Assembly (NCBI GenBank): GCA_035280845.1
Contig: DATEFB010000002.1
Coordinates: 61,183-125,182, forward strand
Reading direction: 5' to 3'
DNA: 64,000 nt
Source of the DNA: Candidatus Saccharimonadales bacterium
GTDB lineage: Bacteria > Patescibacteriota > Saccharimonadia > Saccharimonadales > EFPC-124
The notes under the pieces were generated by a model that was not told the DNA's origin, ran no database searches, and saw only the letters and a program-made list of their open reading frames with translations. A program made the translations under genes and the position numbers. Below are positions 57,410-64,000 of this stretch, piece by piece. The stretch's first letter is position 1. Every line of letters starts with the position of its first letter.

Positions 57410-58961
57410 TTATACCTCCTAGTAGCGGACTGGCTGGTAGCGTCAAGGTGTGCCCGCCGCTTACAATTTGCAGCTGGGTGGGGCCATTGCTGGCGGCGCT
57501 TAGGTTCACTGTGCAGTTAATCTCGTCGCCGCCTCCGGTGCCGGTGCATGATGCCGTGTACGTAGATGCACCTTGAAGGAGCCGTACGGTTGACGCACAG
57601 CTGGCCGGGTTGCCGCTACAAGGCAGGTTGTCGCCGGTGAGCGTAAACTCGAAGGCGCTTAATCCACCCGCGACACTGGCTGCGTCTGGCGTAATTTTAA
57701 AGACACGTGGGAACGCGGAAACTGTCGTGAGCATTAACCGTACTTTCTGGTAATAATTAACGCCGCCAAAAGCGTACGTGGTTGCTGGCGGTGAAGCCGA
57801 AGAATAGGTGGGCACGCTTATTGGTTGCAGCGAGTTGGTACCCGCATATGGCACCGCAGCCGCCAAATAGTACGTTGTGCCCCCGACGGTGCAGCTTGTT
57901 GCGCCAGTATCGCCGCAGAAAAAGTAATCACCTGGGGCGAGTCCAGTCACGCCAACTTGGCCTGTGGCGTCGGTTGTTGGACGAGCATCGGTAGGTGACA
58001 TATTGTCGTAGTAGTAACTTGTGTTGCTTGCGCTGGTGTAGCGTTTGTAGCCACCTTTTATATACACGCGGGCATTGGCGAGTGGAGCGCCGCTAGTGTT
58101 GGTTGTTTCGACCAACAAGCTGTCGTTGCCCTGTGGCTTAATGGTGAGCGTGACCGATGATGATTGCTGGGTGATAATCTGCTGGCTGGCATATGTTGGC
58201 TGCAGCGATCCCGAAGGGGCAATGGTGCTCAAGGTTGAAGAACCGGCCTTGGACGCCGTGACAATGTAGCTGTAGCCCGTGGTATCGGGCGGGAGTCCAT
58301 AAAAGATTGCTACGCCGTTGCCGTCACTACTGTCGGATACATTAATATTTGGTGTGATGGTGGTGTTGGCAACCTGCACGGTGGCGCCAGATACGGGGGT
58401 GCCAGTTTGGTCGACTACGGTTACAAATAGCGCGCCGGTTGTGCTGGCAGTTTCGGCCACACGGGCAGATACCTGTGTGTCCACCTCTGCCAAAAGCCGG
58501 GTCGCAGGCGCTGATACGGACACGTGGATAATTTTATAATCGGCGGCGTTGGTGTCTACGGCGGGCGCCGTGGCTGGTGCGGGCTGGTTGCGGCAGTATT
58601 GGGCTTTTAACGCGGGCGTAGGGTATGATGCACAGCCGTCGAAGGCGTCATCTACGTAATTGATGCTGGTTTTAATGGTGTACGTAACGCCGTTGTACAC
58701 CTTGGTGGTGGTGTTCGGGAGTGGACTTGCCACCACGATACTGCCGCCAACAACAGCAAGGTTGTCGTATGGCAGGGATTTAAGATACTCCATTTGGTTG
58801 GTTGCAAGTGTGGATGCAATAGCTTTGCGCTTGGTTACCGCGGCACTGTTGGCGAGTGTCGTAAACAGGCTGAGGATGCTTATCGATACCACAGTTAACA
58901 CGGTCATTGCAATGACCAGCTCTACAAGAGTATACCCTGCCGATTTGCTGTGGGTGCCCAC
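57396..58961 (-). CDS. Large (521-aa) pilin-like protein with Ig-like/carboxypeptidase-regulatory-like repeats
   Basis: The N-terminus is SKSAGYTLVELVIAMTVLTVVSISIL, followed by repeated beta-rich segments (VTVVDQTGTPVSGATVQV; ARVYIKGG). Confidence 0.75.
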   Translation of the reverse strand: MGTHSKSAGYTLVELVIAMTVLTVVSISILSLFTTLANSAAVTKRKAIASTLATNQMEYLKSLPYDNLAVVGGSIVVASPLPNTTTKVYNGVTYTIKTSINYVDDAFDGCASYPTPALKAQYCRNQPAPATAPAVDTNAADYKIIHVSVSAPATRLLAEVDTQVSARVAETASTTGALFVTVVDQTGTPVSGATVQVANTTITPNINVSDSSDGNGVAIFYGLPPDTTGYSYIVTASKAGSSTLSTIAPSGSLQPTYASQQIITQQSSSVTLTIKPQGNDSLLVETTNTSGAPLANARVYIKGGYKRYTSASNTSYYYDNMSPTDARPTTDATGQVGVTGLAPGDYFFCGDTGATSCTVGGTTYYLAAAVPYAGTNSLQPISVPTYSSASPPATTYAFGGVNYYQKVRLMLTTVSAFPRVFKITPDAASVAGGLSAFEFTLTGDNLPCSGNPASCASTVRLLQGASTYTASCTGTGGGDEINCTVNLSAASNGPTQLQIVSGGHTLTLPASPLLGGINVTP

Positions 58962-59036
58962 GGTACTTTCGTTGCTTATTTTAATACACTTAGCATAAGC
59001 GTTTCAGCTCAGATAATCAATGCCACTACCCCTAAT

Positions 59037-59066
59037 AAAACAGCTCCCGGTAAGGGAGCTGTTTTT
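59037..59066. terminator. Hairpin terminator/attenuator just downstream of the major pilin gene
   Basis: AAAACAGCTCCC-GGTAA-GGGAGCTGTTTT lies between the pilin stop (59088) and the next gene's start (58961). Confidence 0.75.
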
Positions 59067-59087
59067 GGTGTGCTACTGGTTTGACGG

Positions 59088-59561
59088 CTAGTTCAAACTA
59101 TCTTTTGTTTGCAGTGAGTCACCGTCTTCTTTGCGCCAGGTAAGTTTAAACTTGGAACAAGGAGCGGTTGTACAAGCTGTTGTGCCGTCAGACGCAAAGG
59201 CTTGGTAGCCGTATGCGCTGTAGGCGCCTGCTGCTGGTTGTGCGTTAGCGAACGAGTTGGTCGTGCCGCTTGCTGCCCCTGGGGCGATGATCGCTTGTGC
59301 GTCAATACCTTTCAGGTTGGTCTTTACCCAAGTGGCGTCAGCAATCTGACCCGTAAAGACTGGGTAGCCGCCGTTGTCGTTGTAGTAGACTTCCAGCTGA
59401 GTAGCTACTGAGTTGATATCTGTTTGTCGCTCTGTGTCACGAGCACGGCGCTGTACACCGCTGAAGGTGTTCAACACCAAAGCGGCCAGGATGCCGATGA
59501 CCACGATGACGATCAAAAGCTCGACGATCGTGAAACCTTTTTGTGAATATTTTTTGAGCAT
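59088..59561 (-). CDS. Type IV major pilin candidate
   Basis: I trimmed the start to the ATG at 59561, which follows an AAAGGGGGG Shine-Dalgarno sequence. This gives MLKKYSQKGFTIVELLIVIVVIGILAALVLNTF; 158 aa with a C-terminal Cys pair. Confidence 0.85.
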   Translation of the reverse strand: MLKKYSQKGFTIVELLIVIVVIGILAALVLNTFSGVQRRARDTERQTDINSVATQLEVYYNDNGGYPVFTGQIADATWVKTNLKGIDAQAIIAPGAASGTTNSFANAQPAAGAYSAYGYQAFASDGTTACTTAPCSKFKLTWRKEDGDSLQTKDSLN

Positions 59562-59681
59562 TGAATGCCCCCCTTTTAATTGATTTCTAGCCGCGTAAGT
59601 AGTACACCGCGTCTTGAGCTTAAGTATAGCCATAAGAATTTTCGCGTCAACACTATGCTGTGGAAAAACCATCATTCCAGG

Positions 59682-60896
59682 CTATTGGACACCAGTGGCC
59701 AAGCTCGAGATCGGTCCCATTACACTGGCGGCAATCAAGCCAACCATACTACCCATGACCACGATCATCACCGGTTCAATAATCGAACTGATGCTACCAA
59801 TAAGGGTATCGACTTCTTCTTCATAAAACTCGGCCACCTTAATAAGAATAGTGTCGGTCTGGCCCGTTTCTTCGCCTACCGCCAGCATTTGGGTGACGAT
59901 TTGTGGGAACAGTTTGTTCTCGGAAAGGATGGTCGAGAGTTGCTTGCCATTTTTTACGCCGTCTGCCGCTTTGTTGAGTGCTTCTTTATAGACGACGTTG
60001 CCCACAGCGCCACCGCTTACATTAAGGGCTTCAATGACACTCACGCCCGCACCAAGCAGCGAAGCGAATGTCCGCGAGAATCGCGCCACCGCCAGCTTGC
60101 TCATAATTGTGCCAACGCCGGGTAATTTAAGAAGGATCTGGCTGAACTTGCGTTTGCCCGCAGGTGTTTTGACCCATCGTTTAAACAGCCATACGCCACC
60201 CACGCCCACAGCGATTAAGACATACCATTGGTTGATCATAAAGTCACTAATGCTGAGCATGGCTTGCGTGATTGCGGGCATTTCGGCATCGGGGCCGCCA
60301 AGGTCTTTGACGATCTTACCAATTTGCGGAATAACAAAAATCATTAAGCCCACGAACGCCAGAACAGTGATGCACATTAAGACAATCGGGTAAGTCATTG
60401 CGCCTTTGACTTTTTTGCGGATGGAATCGCTTTTTTCTTGTTGTAGTGCCAGGCGCTTTAAGATGTCGTCCAAAATACCACCAGCCTCACCGGCCCGCAC
60501 CATGTTCACATAAATTTCGCTAAAGACTTCCGGGTGTTTGCCAAAGGCGTCGCCCAGAGCCATGCCGCCTTGTACGTCTTTGTTGACGGTAGCGAGCACC
60601 TCGCTAAAATGCTTGCTTTCGGATTGCTGTTGCATGGTAGTGAGCGCCCGGAGCAGTGGCACGCCAGCACTTACCATTGTGCTCAGCTGCCGGGTAAAAA
60701 CTACCAAATCTTTGGACTTAACCTTTGGCTTGAACAGGCTGAAGCCACCCTTTTTTGGATTCTCTTCTTTAAGCCCTATGGGTCGAAGGCCTTGTTTTTC
60801 GAGTGCTTTCGACGCAGCACCGCGGCTTGTTGCTTCAACGATGCCGGTCATACGCTTGTTCTGCGCGTTCATTGCGGAGTAGCTGAATTTTGCCAT
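59682..60896 (-). CDS. pilC: Type IV pilus platform protein PilC (GspF family)
   Basis: 404 aa with two T2SS-F repeats and 3 TM helices. Confidence 0.9.
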   Translation of the reverse strand: MAKFSYSAMNAQNKRMTGIVEATSRGAASKALEKQGLRPIGLKEENPKKGGFSLFKPKVKSKDLVVFTRQLSTMVSAGVPLLRALTTMQQQSESKHFSEVLATVNKDVQGGMALGDAFGKHPEVFSEIYVNMVRAGEAGGILDDILKRLALQQEKSDSIRKKVKGAMTYPIVLMCITVLAFVGLMIFVIPQIGKIVKDLGGPDAEMPAITQAMLSISDFMINQWYVLIAVGVGGVWLFKRWVKTPAGKRKFSQILLKLPGVGTIMSKLAVARFSRTFASLLGAGVSVIEALNVSGGAVGNVVYKEALNKAADGVKNGKQLSTILSENKLFPQIVTQMLAVGEETGQTDTILIKVAEFYEEEVDTLIGSISSIIEPVMIVVMGSMVGLIAASVMGPISSLATGVQ

Positions 60897-60900
60897 GGTG

Positions 60901-62691
60901 TTATTCGCGGGTTACGCGCAAAATCTCCTCGATGCTGGTTTGGCCACGAAGCGCCTTAATAAGGCCGTCGGTCTGCATGGTCACCATGCCGTCCGCAACC
61001 GCCTGATCCTGAATGGTGTTGCTTGTGCCGTTGGCAGTAATGAGTTTTTGCACTTCAACGGTGTTGGCGAGCACCTCGTAAATACCCATCCGACCTTTGT
61101 AGCCGGTGTGGCCACAATTGTCGCAACCTTCTGCGTTTGGCCGCCATAGCTGTGCAAGAGTGCCGCCTTTAATGGCGCTGTCGCCGCCAATATCTTCGCC
61201 AACCTTGCCTTTAATGGCGTCGGCTTCAAGTTCGCCCAGGCGATCCATGCTTTCTTTGGCGCCCAATTTAAACATGTCGAGGATAGTTTTAACTTCAATA
61301 TCTTCGGGCTTGTACTGCTGTTTGCATTTTGGACACAGCCGGCGCACCAGGCGCTGACCCACAACTGCGCGGACAGTGCTGGCAATAAGGAAGGGCTCAA
61401 TACCCATGTCGAGCAAACGCGGCAGACAGGTTGCGGCATTGTTGGTGTGCAATGTGCTAAACACCAGGTGCCCGGTTAGGGCTGCTTGCACGGCCAGGTC
61501 GGCGGTTTCGCCGTCGCGGATCTCTCCTACCATAATAATGTTTGGGTCTTGGCGGAGCAGGGCGCGGAGGCCGGCAACAAACGTCATGCCCGCCTTGGGG
61601 TTCACCTGGGTTTGGTTGGTCCCCACAATACGGTATTCCACAGGGTCTTCAACGGTCGAGATGTTCACCTGGGGCGAGTTGAGCAGGCTTAAAATACTGT
61701 ACAAGCTGGTCGATTTTCCAGATCCGGTTGGGCCAGTCACCAGGATCATGCCGTGCGGTTGTTTTATTGATTCGTTAATTGAGTTGAGGCTGTAGCCCCA
61801 GTAGCCAAGCTGCTCAAGTGTGAGTGCTTTGTTGGATTCGTCGAGCACACGCATAACCACTTTTTCGCCGTCGCTGATTGGTAGGGTGCTGACGCGCATG
61901 GCATATAGTTTACCGCCAACCGACACCTTAAAACGACCATCTTGCGGTACGCGGCGTTCATCGATCTTTAGGTTACTCAGGATTTTAATACGGCTGACAA
62001 GAGCGGCCAGTACGTTGCGCGGTAGTTTGTTTGCCTCGCGCAAAACGCCATCAATACGGTAGCGGACTTGCACGTAATCTTCGCGTGGTTCAATGTGCAC
62101 GTCCGACGCACCGGCGCGAATGGCGTACTCCAGAAGTAGGTTTACCGTTTGGGCGATTGGAGAGTCTTCGGCGACATCTTCTTCGCTGACGGCTTCTTCT
62201 TTTTCTTCCTCTTTTTGGACTTCGACGTCGATGACTTTGCCAAGCTCGGTACTAATGCCTTCGCGGTATTGGTCGAGTGCGCCTAGAATGTTGTCTTTGG
62301 TGGCAATGAATAGCTCAAAGTTGGCGCCAATGTATTTTTGCAGGAAGTCCACAGCCTGGACGTCGTCCGGGTCTTCCATGGCGACCTGTTTCTTGCCGTC
62401 CTGGTCGAATCCAAAAATGACGGCGTTGTACTGGCGGGCGACGCGTTCGGGCAGCAGGCTAACGGTTTTTTTAGAGATTGTTTTTGGGTCGAGCTCTATA
62501 AAAGGAATGCCGATTTCGCGGGCATACAGCTGGATCAGGTCTTTTTCGGTGATGATCTCTTGTTTTAAAACCAGGTCCTGTAGGGGTTTGCCGGTGCGCT
62601 TTTCTTCGGTGCGCATTTTATCAAGCTCAGCAGTTTTTAACTTGCCAGCCTTCTGTAACAGCTTCTCCAAAGTCGCATCGGATATGCGCAT
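60901..62691 (-). CDS. pilB: Type IV pilus extension ATPase PilB (GspE family)
   Basis: 596 aa with Walker A GPTGSGKST, an N-terminal GspE-N domain, and the tetracysteine motif CPKC...CDNCGHTGYKGR. Confidence 0.95.
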   Translation of the reverse strand: MRISDATLEKLLQKAGKLKTAELDKMRTEEKRTGKPLQDLVLKQEIITEKDLIQLYAREIGIPFIELDPKTISKKTVSLLPERVARQYNAVIFGFDQDGKKQVAMEDPDDVQAVDFLQKYIGANFELFIATKDNILGALDQYREGISTELGKVIDVEVQKEEEKEEAVSEEDVAEDSPIAQTVNLLLEYAIRAGASDVHIEPREDYVQVRYRIDGVLREANKLPRNVLAALVSRIKILSNLKIDERRVPQDGRFKVSVGGKLYAMRVSTLPISDGEKVVMRVLDESNKALTLEQLGYWGYSLNSINESIKQPHGMILVTGPTGSGKSTSLYSILSLLNSPQVNISTVEDPVEYRIVGTNQTQVNPKAGMTFVAGLRALLRQDPNIIMVGEIRDGETADLAVQAALTGHLVFSTLHTNNAATCLPRLLDMGIEPFLIASTVRAVVGQRLVRRLCPKCKQQYKPEDIEVKTILDMFKLGAKESMDRLGELEADAIKGKVGEDIGGDSAIKGGTLAQLWRPNAEGCDNCGHTGYKGRMGIYEVLANTVEVQKLITANGTSNTIQDQAVADGMVTMQTDGLIKALRGQTSIEEILRVTRE

Positions 62692-62766
62692 AATTAATAA
62701 CTATTGTAACGAATAACGCTTATGATTGCTATCCACCCGGGCTAATCGGGTATAATACACGGCAGC

Positions 62767-63252
62767 ATGCAACTGACATTCATCTGCAATACCGTCGAAG
62801 ACACGAAAGCTCTTGCCAGCAAACTTGGCGAGGTTGTTCGGGGCGGCGAAGTCCTGGCCTTCCACAGCGACCTCGGTGGCGGTAAAACGACCTTCGTCAA
62901 AGGCCTGGCAGCGGGCATGGGCGTGACGGGTGTGGTGCAAAGCCCGACGTTTACTCTGAGCCAGATCCACAAGGGCACCACGCTCGAACTGCACCATTAT
63001 GACTTCTATCGTTTAAGCGATGCTGGCGTCATGGGCGCTGAACTTTCTGAATCGCTCGATCAAGAGGGTACGGTCGTGGCGGTCGAATGGGGCGAGATTG
63101 TGCATGACATTCTGCCTTCGAACGCAGTATCGGTGACCATTAAGAATAACCCCAACGACGAAAGCCGTACTATTATTCTCGAGATTCCCGAAACATTCCA
63201 TTATATTTCCTACGCGTTGCAAAAATACCAACAAAATGAGGCAAAGGCGTGA
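62767..63252 (+). CDS. tsaE: tRNA t6A37 biosynthesis ATPase TsaE
   Basis: 161 aa with the P-loop SDLGGGKTTFVKG and HHYDFYRL. A TATAAT box ends 10 nt before the ATG. Confidence 0.85.
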   Translation: MQLTFICNTVEDTKALASKLGEVVRGGEVLAFHSDLGGGKTTFVKGLAAGMGVTGVVQSPTFTLSQIHKGTTLELHHYDFYRLSDAGVMGAELSESLDQEGTVVAVEWGEIVHDILPSNAVSVTIKNNPNDESRTIILEIPETFHYISYALQKYQQNEAKA

Positions 63253-63641
63253 TTTTAGTATTGCGGACCGAGACAAAAGGCGCATACGTAGGGTTGTTCA
63301 ATGGCAACGCCGAGGTAAGTAAGTACGAGTGGCTCGCCGACCGGCAACTCGCCAAGGACCTTTTGCGTGTTATACGCGACGAGCTTAAAAAAGCGTCAAT
63401 CAGCTGGAACGACCTAACGGGCGTCGTGGTCTTTAAGGGCCCGGGTTCATTTACTGGCCTCCGCATTGGCATAACAGTTGCCAATACATTGGCGTATAGC
63501 TTGGATATTCCTGTTGTTGGCACGAATGGTGATGATGAGTGGCTAGCCCTTGGCCTGGATCGCCTCGAAAAAAAGGAGAACGACCGGATCGTCCTTCCAT
63601 TTTATGGTGCCGAAGCGCACATTACTGCGCCGCGGAAATAG
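63249..63641 (+). CDS. tsaB: TsaB-like protein (short, N-terminal domain only)
   Basis: 130 aa with the motif GPGSFTGLRIGITVAN and a 4-nt overlap with tsaE. Confidence 0.75.
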   Translation: MILVLRTETKGAYVGLFNGNAEVSKYEWLADRQLAKDLLRVIRDELKKASISWNDLTGVVVFKGPGSFTGLRIGITVANTLAYSLDIPVVGTNGDDEWLALGLDRLEKKENDRIVLPFYGAEAHITAPRK

Positions 63642-63978
63642 ACGGCCAGCGTATTGTAATAACAACGCAATCGGTCACGGCTTTCCAGTTGTGGTCCGTG
63701 CCCGGCCCCCAGGCAACGTAATCGCCTGGAGTCGCCAGCGTGACTTCCTGGTCGCGAAAAACATACGTGCATGTGCCCGAAACTAAAACGCCAACTGCTG
63801 TGCGGGTTTCACCCGTGACCCAGGTAGCCCTGGTCTCGCCTGCTTTGTGTACGCCCCACTTAATTTCGACATCAGATGTTTTAACGATTCCGGCGCTGTC
63901 TGGCAAGAAAGATCCTACAAACCAGCCGCGCGTAGGTACGCTGTCGAGGCCGGCATTACCTGTTTTGATTGTGCTCAT
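63622..63978 (-). CDS. Cupin-domain protein
   Basis: 118-aa beta-rich ORF with a cupin-like pattern (GETR...G.....PG....G..H). Confidence 0.55.
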   Translation of the reverse strand: MSTIKTGNAGLDSVPTRGWFVGSFLPDSAGIVKTSDVEIKWGVHKAGETRATWVTGETRTAVGVLVSGTCTYVFRDQEVTLATPGDYVAWGPGTDHNWKAVTDCVVITIRWPSISAAQ

Positions 63979-64000
63979 GTTTTTTAGTGTAGCAAAAAAT

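Overview
This is a gene-dense 64-kb window of mixed, roughly 50% G+C by eye, read with the standard genetic code. The gene content is: a type IV pilus operon; ComEC; RecA, RecX and RuvC/A/B; a compact F-type ATPase operon; TsaB and TsaE; a P-type Ca2+-ATPase-like pump; a KcsA-like K+ channel; one 13.9-kb gene for a 4,635-aa surface protein; almost no biosynthetic genes. This fits a streamlined Patescibacteria/CPR organism, probably a Saccharibacteria-like episymbiont. That assignment is an inference, because the window has no rRNA gene. RNA features I can support are one tRNA-Met(CAU) and a SAM-I-type riboswitch in front of metK. I saw no CRISPR array, transposase, integrase or prophage.

Observations worth a second look:
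1. Four dispersed single-gene blocks are G+C-rich with G/C at nearly every codon third position (about 10.2, 13.0, 44.4 and 47.9 kb). Each has a near-consensus AT-rich promoter upstream and a GC-rich hairpin without a U tract downstream. One of them splits ruvA from ruvB. They look like repeated single-gene capture, plausibly from a high-GC actinobacterial host.
2. The giant membrane-anchored protein contains four ~1.07-kb tandem repeats and a duplicated Kelch-propeller module.
3. The ATP synthase operon has no recognisable a or c subunit gene. That position holds an exported 267-aa protein whose C-terminal two-helix hairpin resembles a c subunit but lacks the ion-binding carboxylate.
4. The pilus operon encodes two ~520-aa pilin-like proteins and lies next to a secreted lamin-tail-domain protein with a histone-H1-like Ala/Lys tract.

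All functional calls rest on motifs read by eye. No database search was run.
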